The translations under genes were made by a program, and so were the position numbers. A DNA stretch of 60,353 nt, counting the filler, from Basidiobolus ranarum (Eukaryota): assembly GCA_040143965.1 (NCBI GenBank). It is 5 parts of 5 records of this genome, joined end to end, with 100 filler letters (N's around TTAATTAATTAA, not from the genome) between each part and the next. Parts side by side here need not be neighbours in the genome. Positions count along the whole stretch, not along the records: positions 48,400 to 60,353 come from JASJQH010000576.1; 4 more parts are not named here. One strand, given 5' to 3'. The notes under the pieces were generated by a model, which was not told the origin of the DNA, did no database searches, and saw only the letters and a list, made by a program, of their open reading frames with translations. The number at the start of each line of letters is the position of its first letter. Position 1 is the stretch's first letter. Of this stretch, positions 50,196 to 60,353 are shown in pieces.

Positions 50196-53100
50196 TTATT
50201 CCAACATCGGTGCTGAGAATCCTTGTTCGCTAGGTGAAACGAGGATCAAATTGGATGCGGTGATTTCGCGTCTAAACGTTCCTAAATTTTGAGTAAACCT
50301 ATCTCGATTCTTGGAAGATAAAGTGTTATCCACCTCTTCCATCAAAGATTGCAATGCCTTCCCTAGCAACTCTCTCCTTTCCACTAACTGACATAGTACC
50401 AAGTTCCCGGTGTATTCTATCATGTACTCACGATTGAGAAGAATCAGTCCAAGTAAGGGCCGAGATAATGACCATTGGTTTGGTTTTTCTTCGAAGAGGA
50501 TCAGATTGAATACCGTCGTAAATAAGAAAGGTAGTATCTCTGAATATTGATTGAAATATTGTAACAACCAATGGGATTGATTCTTTTTGGTTGAGAGTTT
50601 GATCACAAATGTACACAAGTGATCCACTGCTGAGCATGCAGATGAGGATATAGCTGCATCACTCGACTTCAACCCTTCACCCAAAGTACGAACGATGCAC
50701 CAGAATACTCTGGAGTCCATTTCGGACAAGGCCATCATGTGTTCGTTGGAGAAGACATCTATCATGGTAAAGTAAGCCTTGCATAATTTAGGATATACCT
50801 AAGACGCCACGAGATTAGTTGCCAATCTATCAATACCATCTTGTCTTAAAAATAACTCTACCATCAAATCTTCGACCGGTATACTGAGCATCATCTCAAA
50901 AACCGTGTTTAACGCCAATTCAAGGGCTTTATCACCATAGAGTGCAAAGACACCGAAGCTTACATATCGGCCAGTTAAAGAACGACTGAGCATGTCAAAG
51001 CATACTGCAATACCCTTGTATCTAAGAATGGGCGAACATTAAAAATGGTTGCTTTGGTGGAGGAGGTGCGAGAATACCACTTACTTTTCGGTATATTTGT
51101 TGGATTCGGTTGGGTTTCGATTGATTACTCCAGAGCCATAAGTACACAACATTTTGCTAAACGCGTAGAGAAACCGCTTGTTAAAATGAGATTCTGGAAC
51201 ATGGAAGTACAAAGTCAACCTACCTAGTTTCACGGAAGAGTAAGATGCCGTTCGCAGATGAGATATCAAAGTTCAGTCGTTGGGATTTATTATGACCAAA
51301 TTCTGCCATGAATTTCAAAATTGTCACCGCCAAACGATCATCCTTCCACGCCTCCAAGGCCTGAAGTAAAACTGGCATATAATTTGGAAAGAACCAATCG
51401 AAGAAAAGTAGATAGTTGCGACGACTTTGAATGGGGGAGATGAATCCACGTAGATCACGTAAGAGGCCATTTAAGGCGGATTTGACATGATCTTGCTTAA
51501 ACGCACCGATGTTTCCGATGCTTTTCAACTCATCCAAGATATTTTCGAAAGGTTTGACGAACTCTAAAAATTCCACTTCACTAACATCATCCGAGAAGAA
51601 AAGTTTCGATAGAGCCATATAGTAAATCAAGCGTAGGCTGAAATTATCAGGCACTAGAAGGAATGGGAAGTGCTCAGATGTATGATTTCTCATTATAAAC
51701 TTGGCTGTCTCGAGGTTTTGAAGGAGTCGGACGCTACTATATCTATGGAAAAGAACTACGTGTTAGTTGAGATCGCTGGTGATTGATACATTCATTCTAT
51801 TTACCCGCTGGCAAGTTCATTAAAGAGATTCAAGGTTTTCGAGATAATCCGACTATTGTTTCCCCAGTACTTGAGGTTGGTTCCACTATATAGACAACAC
51901 ATTAGTGATCTATTCAGTTTGTTTAGATTGTGCTGATTATCCATACAGTTTTCTAACAATGACATCCAGGACCTATAAGATTCAGATATCGAGAGATTCA
52001 GTCAAAAGGTTTTCTGGAAATATTTCAGATTTAACACTACCATAGTCTGGTCGTTCAAACCAAAATTCTCGGCCAACTTGATGTAAACCTAGGGATGGTT
52101 CGTCAGTATTACTCTCATGGAGAACATACTCTTATGTTTACGAACCTTTGGAGTGCGGTAAGACTGCTCTCCGATATAGCTCTTTCGGAATTGATAGAAG
52201 AAATGTAAATAGGCCAATTCCAATTTGGCATTTCCGGCGCTCTCTCCCTTCTGCTCAACACACCGCATTTGTTAATAACTTGTCATGTATATGGAGTTAA
52301 AGCTAAGAATCACCTGGTTAAGCCACACTTGATTAATTTCCATTAACTGAAGAACCTTGGAAGCCAAATTTCCATCGATTGTGTCCTGCTCTTCGGTGCT
52401 TTGATAGGCCTAAAATACAGGTATTAGAGAGGAGATCAACTAAAGTGAATTTCCCAAGAGGAGTTACCGTGCGTCCTCCGATGAAAGATCCGATAAGGTA
52501 CACCAACCAGGTCAATTTTGCTACAATGCAAGGTCAATTTTGTTGGTTCAAGAAGGAGCAGTGACGATCAACATTTACCTTCGCTCACAAGAATAGCTTT
52601 ATCGTCGAATACACCGTTGTTGGTGTTTTGTATGGTCGCCTAAAAGCATGGCAGTGTTAACATACAATGCAGAAAAGACCATCGACGGTATATAAATCAA
52701 GCTATTTAACTACCTGATATGAGGAAGCGGTGAAATCAAAGATGTTGATTAGGGTTTCGCATGATTTTTCATATTTACATCTTGCTACGTTGGTTAACAT
52801 TTCCAGGCTATCAATAAGGACCTCTTCATTCTCCAGAGGATCTGCAATGATCACCGTCAATTAAGGTTGCAATGGATCTCATATTCAAACTCGGGTCTTT
52901 ACCATCAATAATTCCGTCTGATTCAAGGATCGGACCAACAGAATCCATTCGAGAAGATATAAATTCTCCAGCCAACTACATGGATCAATATGATTTAGGA
53001 ACAAAGAATCGCTTCAAACGTCCAAACATAATACAGTACATGTGCAGTGGTGTCTTCTAACTTGGGCAGAAAGCTGGATTTAACAATACTAAGGGAAGAG

Positions 53101-54679
53101 GCCATCTTGGACCAAAAGGCCAACAGGTATGGAAGACTGTTTGGTGCCCACTACAAAAGTAATTAAGTTACACGGAGTTCATCATTTCTACTGCGAATTA
53201 CCGCTTACCTGCCACGAATGGAAAGCTTTGACAGTAAAGGTTGCGACGGCTTCAATCCAACCTGCGTAATCATAGCCCTCACTGACTTCATTTAAGTGGT
53301 AAGTGGAGCGAAAGCGAGAAAGCATGCGACAAAACTCGTGGTAATTGCTTTGATCATCCATGCCTTGGGAAGTATTGATGATATCCCGAATCCCGTCCAT
53401 AAGTAAGACAACAAATTTTGCTCTCTCCTCTTCGCTAAACAAGGAGCGACGAATTGACGCAACTTGAACCAGAATTTCCATGACCAGACTGGAGTGTGGG
53501 GGTTGAAAGTATTTGTAGCAGTCAAAAAGTGTCTTGACGAGAGTGGGATCTTCAAACATACTTCTCCAGGTAGATGGAATCTACAAATTAGCTCATTGTA
53601 AGTGAACCTATCTCGGGGACGAAATGAATGAATAAACAGGTGGTGAACCTGTATGCTGCCGCTATCATCGGAAGATTCATCGGGGCAAGTTCCTATAAAA
53701 TCAAAGGCCAAGGAGTTCTTGATAATATTGAGACAAGCTTCTTTCATTTTCCCTGCTTGGTTTCCTGTATCTATCTAATGTAAGTCCACCATAGCCAATG
53801 CTATATGAATTCATATATCTACCTTTACTGAATTGGTTCTGTTCTCTTAATAAATCTCCAAGAATGCCACAGGCCGTCTGAAAAATCTTGAGCAATTCAC
53901 CATCACGAAAGTTGACAGCTGTATAAAAATAAGTATGGAATATTCCGATGGTTTGTAGAAATCACCCGGAACACTTGCCAATTTTTCGATGTTTCGCCAC
54001 GCTTCGAGATGCTGTCAATTGGTTTATTTCGGTCACCAATAATCCTAGAAGTTGTAACCCAATGATTCTATGCTCTGCACTAGCCTAGAAACATATTAAA
54101 CTGTCAGTGAAACCATTAATGTGCCTGAAATTATACACAATATAACCTGAAGGAACTTGGATATATCTTCGTTAAGGTTTTTAAATTCTTCAGACTCGAA
54201 CCAACCTAGTTTCGTGATAACCGAGAACAATTGTCCTAGGGAGGAAACCACAAAAGGCATAAGATCCGGGTGTTGTCCCAAGTAATTGAGTACGAAATTT
54301 CCTTAAATAAAAGGTGAGTAGAGGTTTTTTACCAAATGTTTCGAGGACATTATCACTTACTTTCGTCTAGTTTTTGTTGTTCATTAAAGATGGAGAAGTG
54401 ATCTGTGACTAGGGTTTTTAGGCGGTATGAAGCGAACATTTGGGCGTATGGAGAAGAGGAAGATTCAAGAAGTAAGTGACATTGCATAGCACACTCTATG
54501 GGGCTTTGGATTTGAGTCACTGAAGAAGGTGTTGAGCCAGGAGTATTAGTAGATTCCGAGAAAGTGGGGAAATAATAGCCCAATAGTTTCTCAGCGTTGT
54601 TGCGTTCGTCATTAGACCGAGGGTTATAGAATTGTTCGCAAAGCGTTTCCAAGGTTTCAATGTTGGGTGCTCCGTTCAT
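50196..54679 (-). CDS. XPO7: Exportin-7 / RanBP16-17 family karyopherin, multi-exon
   Basis: LETLCEQFY...ERNNAEKLL; ITKLGWF; KHRKIAVNFRD; FDFIGTCPDESSDD..QIPSTWR; ASIRRSLF; NYHEFCRMLSR; NKSQRLNFDISSANGILLFRE; NQWSLSRPLLGLIL; KNRDRFTQNL. Confidence 0.95.
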
Positions 54680-55540
54680 TGTATATTATACTTTTCACAA
54701 AGCTATGAAAGTAATATTAATAAAAGGTGCAAATAAACAGGGATAGTTCGAAAAATAGTCAAAGATTACTACTTTGCAAGTAGTGATATACGTACTATCT
54801 TGGCTATTCCGTTTTCTGCGTGTTTTTCTCTAGAAACTAGCCTGAAAAATTAACTAGTTACGTTGTCTTTTATTACCTAAAATATGCTAGGGAGGTTGTG
54901 ACAATGATTATATTATGCTTTCAAAATTATTGGATAATATCTAGAACTCACTAATATTAATCATGGGATTGATCGAGCCCTTAGCTTCGTCATTTCCTGG
55001 CTCGGATTAAAGACAGATAATTATATTTAATTTGACATATGATAGGTGGTTGTCCTCAAGGATCGTGTTTACATGTTTTACGCCTATGCTTACTTATCAG
55101 CTCAGTACATATGTGTTGCTTCCAATCACCAGCCATGTTACACTCATAAGAGCAGTGCCAAATATGAACATAGAAACCAGACCCTGTTCAATTAACTCAT
55201 TGATTCAATGAACAAAAGGGGAGGAGTAGTGTATTGCCAGCTTTTTTTGAACTAAAACTTGATTCAGTTGTTTCAATGCTGCAAGTAATATCTAGTGCTT
55301 TCATTTCACTCCCACAAACCGCAGTCATCATTTAGTAACTTATTGATTTCTATCGAATGCTAATACATGTACAAGTGACGATTCCAGTGTCTTGTTTATT
55401 ACGATCATTCAATGGCAACCAGTTTGTCACTTAAACATGCCATTTTCAAGGATATTAAAGCTTGGAATGCTTCTTAATACCCAATTGCTCTGTACTGGCT
55501 ATTGATCTGATTTCAATAGACTCTGTCTGGAGCTGGCGGA

Positions 55541-56658
55541 TTACAAATATAGCGTACTATTGGATGAGGTGTTTCTATGTGTCGAGGGATTGTTAGATTT
55601 GTTGCACTGTGGTAAATGTGGGACAATAGACTGTGACATGAGATATTCCAAGATTTCGGCGTAGGTACTGCTTGGTCCTTCCTGCTTAAACCTTTTATCC
55701 TCGAATGTCAGGTAGAGAGCTGCGGGAATATTTCTCATTTCGCACTAGAGGTGAGTTATGAGCAATAGAGCATTGGTGAAGGGGGATTCAAACATTGTTG
55801 TGAAGAGGCTTACATTAGTCATGATGGCACCACCAAGATTCTTAACAATATTGGGAATCTCCAATGTCTTATATTTACTTTCCTATATATTATGAAATTA
55901 GTTCTTGGATCGTTATGTACGAACATTCAATTGAAATCATATTGTTTACCCAAGAAGCGGAGGAAGTTTGAAGACAACGGATAGGGGATTTCGATGTTTC
56001 AACATCATTGCTTTTTGGAGGGATGTACTCGGATATGTCCAAGGCATCCAGCATAATCACCCTATAATTCAAACACTGGTTAGAGATCGGTATCTTAAAG
56101 GAGTTATAAGGAGGCTTACTTTTTGGGACGAATGGTGGAGAGAATGGCTCGACTAAGTAAGATCGAAGACTGACTATCTGTAGGACAACTATTAAGAAGT
56201 ACATATGTTTTGGGAGTAGTGCCTACTTCATAAAGACCACAACTAGAGCTTTTGCCAGAGAATTGATCGAAAGAATTTGTTTTCTGAAGGAATGAAAAAA
56301 ATAAGTGTTAAAATAAAACTCAACCGAGGGATTTCTTCCGAAGAACTCACTATGTTCATTTCTGGTAGCAAGAAAGCGCCAACCAAGTTTTTAGAGACGT
56401 TTATATTTAAAAAGGAGGCACCTCCACCGTTACCAATTAACAATAGATCTACTTCCTCAGGAGTAGTAGAATCCTTTGGCTTTAACCATTTGAAAACGGG
56501 CATATCAAATTTTGTCAATTCTTCCTCTTTCTCGAATTCATCGTCACTATCTTCATAGGCAAACCGTGGGCTAAACTCCTTTAGACATATTATCAATTCG
56601 CAAATGAATATTGTCGTCAAGGTGAGAAAATAATAATTAATATACTGACGTTACTCAT
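55541..56658 (-). CDS. Proteasome assembly chaperone 1 (PSMG1/PAC1)-like, multi-exon
   Basis: Acidic N-terminus RFAYEDSDDEFEKEEE. IRCLQTS...LEIPNIVKNLGGAIMTN/CEMRNIPAALYL matches the PAC1 LEQPNIV..LPAAVL..C....IPA.LYL pattern (recalled). Confidence 0.7.
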
Positions 56659-57145
56659 TGTATTTTTCAATATGGCAGAAAGGCACTAGAGGTTGACCAA
56701 AGCCATTCAGGTCTAATATTTCATGATGAACGTCATCACTCACTGATTAAAGTTTGTACAATAAATAACATTTAAAGTAGATATGCATTCATGGATAATC
56801 AGTGGTAATGGAGAATCCGTATGAATACTTCCTTTGAAGATTCGGAGCTTTGAAACTGCAGTAATTGATGGGAAATAAACAAGTGATCAACTAAAAGTCC
56901 GCATAAATCAGTAATCATGTAACAAATCTGATGAACGAATTACTAGATTCCAATTTTCTATTTGGATGCCATATTTCCGATCCAATAAGCCCCCTTTGTT
57001 TGATCTGAGTGGAAGTGAACCCTCCTTTACCCTAACCTAAACTCCATTGACTAACACTTCTTAACTTCACAACACGGATAAACTATATCTTATTTTCCGC
57101 TTAACTTTTATATATTCTCTGACCAGCACTAATTACCACCACTAA

Positions 57146-57917
57146 ATGGAAGACACAGAACGAAAGCCCCCAAGTCAGAAGAAGTATGGATGGTGGATCT
57201 TGACTGTTATTATTTGGTAATATTTTTTCAAAGTAATCCACCAGTGGCCATTCCAACTTACTCATTCATATCCATTGTAGTCTGTTGGTTATCAGCACAT
57301 TGAGGAACGTTTATTACGCCGGAAAAGATAATAGCCCTAAGCCGGATGAGTATATTACTCATGTGCCAACAAGCCCAATAGACAAACCCCTCAGTAAGGA
57401 AACTGGAAATGCCACTAAGCCTAGTTTGAATGATTCATTCCGATTGAGTGATCGTTACCAGTGCTACTCTTTGGGTTCTTGTCAAAAGTGTACGGAAGAA
57501 GAAATGGTAACTATACCCATTTCCTAAACTACTCTTCTTTCAAATGAAACCCTCATCTACTCCATTATTTAGATTTCAAACAAGATCTGCCTAGATACAG
57601 GGTACAAAGAACCCATTCAATGCTCTCTCGTCAATTCCGGTGAACCGTTACCAAAGGAGCCCGTGGAAGAGTTGCCAACTTTTCGTAGTTGCTCAAGAGT
57701 TAAGTTTCAAGGAAAAGTACAATTCTTTAAGTTTCTGGTAAGAAAGTGATTTGGTGTACAATGATCGATAACTTGTGTATATATAGTAATTCGCTTCTTA
57801 ATTTAGGGATTTATCGTTTTCATGAGCATTTGTTCAGGTTCGGTACTTGTTTGGCGACGTAGAAAAATTCAAATAGAACAATATCGTCGTCTCATGCGAC
57901 GTATTGAGAATGCTTAG
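57146..57917 (+). CDS. JTB (jumping translocation breakpoint)-like membrane protein, multi-exon
   Basis: Six-Cys ectodomain CYSLGSCQKC....ICLDTGYKEPIQC...TFRSC, then FFKFL, a TM segment and basic tail VWRRRKIQIEQYRRLMRRIENA*. This parallels the animal JTB layout. Confidence 0.78.
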
Positions 57918-58480
57918 ATGGTTTCAATATCGCTACTCGATCATTTATATGGATTGTCGGTTTTGCTTGTTTGTTCATTGAAAATATAATTTATCCGTGT
58001 AAATAACTCCATACAATTAGTAAAAATAACCCATTGTCACTACTATTGCCATCACTCCCTTTTCTATCTCTTTCAACTAATCTCTTGTAATGAAAAGGAG
58101 CTGTTTAACCCAGTAAACATCAGTTCTATATACTCTCGCTGGACAGTGGTCAAGATTGTTGCGAATTGATGTTCATTCGAACAAAAATGATTTTAATCAA
58201 ATTAATAGACAAACAAATTCAGTTAATAAGGGGTGTGTGCGAGTACTAGATCCTCCAAATGCATCAACATGAGCAGTGGGTGTAGGTGTAAGGTAATAAG
58301 GAATAACAATTTAAGGTGTAATGGAGGTGAGAGTTCCTTTCATCCTCGACAACGAGAACTAATCAAAATAAGGCCAGGTAAATGCAGCAAGATCAGCTCA
58401 GAAAATCAATGTACACGGGAGGTAGGTTCATGCCTTGCACTGTTTGCTGATAGCATTGTAGGATTGCTGGAAGAGTTGCT

Positions 58481-59323
58481 TCATTTTCCTGACCTTGCGT
58501 GCTTGATAAGCCATTGCAATGTGAGGTCAATATTAACTTGATGTTTGGCAGAGATCGAATAGCAGAATAATTCACGATTGGTGATCGATTTTAAATTCCT
58601 ATACAATAAAGATTACCGTACGAGTTAGTATATGTTCATCTTATGAGCATCAAGAAACCCTATCCTTACATTGCTTCAACCAATTCTTCAACGGTCAGAG
58701 CACCTGGAAGATCATTTTTGTTACCAAGTACCAAGACAGGGATATTGGCAAGTTGTGGTTTTTCTAGTAAGCTGCGTAGCTCCGTTTTAGCTGCATCGAA
58801 TTTGTCATGGTCAGCAGAGTCAATCACGAATCTAGACATATGTACGTCTTTAATCAGCAACTGAAGTGAACACAAAAACTATTTCCATTATGTATATCTT
58901 CTACTTACACGATAGAGTTGACTCCACGACAATATCTTTCCCACATACTTCTAAACCGTGGCTGACCTCCTATATCCCATAGCTTCATAGTGACATTTCC
59001 CTTGGTTACTTTTCGCATATTGAAACCAACGGTGGGGATCATGTCTTCAGTGAATTGACCGGACTAAGGATGAGTCAAGTTGGAACATTGGATGATAACA
59101 CAAGACGAGGGAATGAGAAAAATAAGAGGATGAATATAGCGTCAGTAAACATCATAAAGGTATATTTGTTATCTGATAAAATTGAATAAAAGTCACTCAC
59201 GGCAATGACGTTAACTAGAGTGGTTTTTCCAGAATTTTGCAGTCCGACCAAGGTTAACTCCATCTCTTCTTTAAAGAAGAGACTTCGCAACCAATCAAGT
59301 AAGCCTTTAAAGAGGGATGCCAT
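58481..59323 (-). CDS. ARL8: ARF-like GTPase ARL8, multi-exon
   Basis: [103 protein letters not shown]. Confidence 0.97.
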
Positions 59324-60091
59324 ATATATTGATATTGAAAGTATCTAAAGCTTCGCTCAGTTATTAAAATATATACACCGTATAGATGATGAAGTGAACA
59401 AAAAATAAATTAGTCAAGAGATACACAGTTGACTGTAAATAGTAAAAGAAAGAGACAAAAAAACAAGAATAATATTCGTAAATAGTAGAATGGATAATAA
59501 GGGCAAGGATTGATAGGAAAGGGTGCAGATTACTGATTAAACCAGTTTAGCGTAGGGCAGGATCATCAAAGACTTCAAAAGTACGGATGAGCTATGGATG
59601 AATTCCACAACTGAATGGGCTAGATGAATGAATAACTCGGTGGATTAATTAGCGCGGTGATTAAGGCTGTGATTAACACTGACAAAGCACGTGATTGGGG
59701 CCATACATCAATGTATATAGATATAAAGTTCGGAAGAATACACAGTCACCAAAGAATAGATCAACTTGCATAGAATGCCGCATCAGAATTCGCAAACAAA
59801 CAATCCTTGGCCCCTTAACAATCAGATGCAAGTAGGATGAAACCGTTAACATTGCATCTACACTTCAATCCACTTTCTGAAGGAACAACTGGGATGGAGC
59901 GGTGATAATATTGGTATATACGTGTTTTATTCGTGTTTGTTTTGGCGATGTATTAGCATAAGAGGAGGAAAATCGAAAAATTACCTATGTGCACTCTAAA
60001 ATAAACGATATGAATAATGAAAGAAAACAAAGATATAGAAGTGTATGTAGCGATGGTGGTAAAAAGAAGATTCAGAACTGGGGGAATGGAT

Positions 60092-60353
60092 TTATCTGCG
60101 GTCAGTCTTGCCCATTCCTCTTTTGCCAGCAAACAAGTGCTTGGGCATTTTGGTTAGAATATCACGATCAGCTTCACCACGCTTGGCAAGCAAGTTATTA
60201 GTACGTTGAGATTTCTTTTGAATCTTAACGGCGTTAAGCTTTTGCTTGACGTTACGTAAGCCCATAGTACTTCTATCACGAACCATGCTAGAGGAACGAC
60301 CAGCAACACTTTGACTGGCATCACGGGTGGAGCTTGTGGCACGAGATTCAGAT
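60092..60353 (-). CDS. NOG1: Nucleolar GTP-binding protein 1 C-terminus (truncated by window end)
   Basis: RDRSTMGLR...[31 protein letters not shown] is the conserved Nog1 C-terminus. Confidence 0.93.
   Translation of the reverse strand, partial: SESRATSSTRDASQSVAGRSSSMVRDRSTMGLRNVKQKLNAVKIQKKSQRTNNLLAKRGEADRDILTKMPKHLFAGKRGMGKTDRR

Noticed and set aside
59688-59699. CACGTG E-box plus CCAAT (reverse) upstream of ARL8, reminiscent of a lysosomal CLEAR element
   Set aside because: A single 6-mer without the full GTCACGTGAC consensus is not distinguishable from chance.

Overview
AT-rich eukaryotic (fungal) genomic DNA with many short (~55-80 nt) GT-AG introns. The gene content points to an early-diverging fungus (Zoopagomycota/Mucoromycota-like, e.g. 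Basidiobolus; inference). The window is not one locus. It is five contigs of 12030, 12008, 11997, 11964 and 11954 nt, in descending size order, joined by four 100-nt N spacers containing TTAATTAATTAA. Contig 1 holds Ty1/copia and CACTA-type relics, an intact intronless ~669-aa orphan ORF and a ~12-intron cytochrome P450. The orphan ORF has virus-like composition and a degenerate OTU-like GxGNC motif, and is the best candidate for something new (a possible endogenised dsRNA-mycovirus gene). Contig 2 holds TE relics, a GILT-like thiol reductase, an alpha-arrestin, a LEA_2-like membrane protein, a small protein with a 3x repeated motif, and a PTR2 3' end. Contig 3 holds a RhoGAP 5' end, PHAF1/UPF0183, SRC1/MAN1, TFIIB, PIS1, an RMP1/NEPRO-like gene and a malate synthase 3' end. 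Contig 4 holds copia LTR relics, a NiCoT nickel transporter, ORC3, BET5, DPM2 and a Pro/Gly tetrapeptide-repeat protein. Contig 5 holds exportin-7, PSMG1-like, JTB-like, ARL8 and a NOG1 3' end. All calls are from reading the sequence; no database searches were run.
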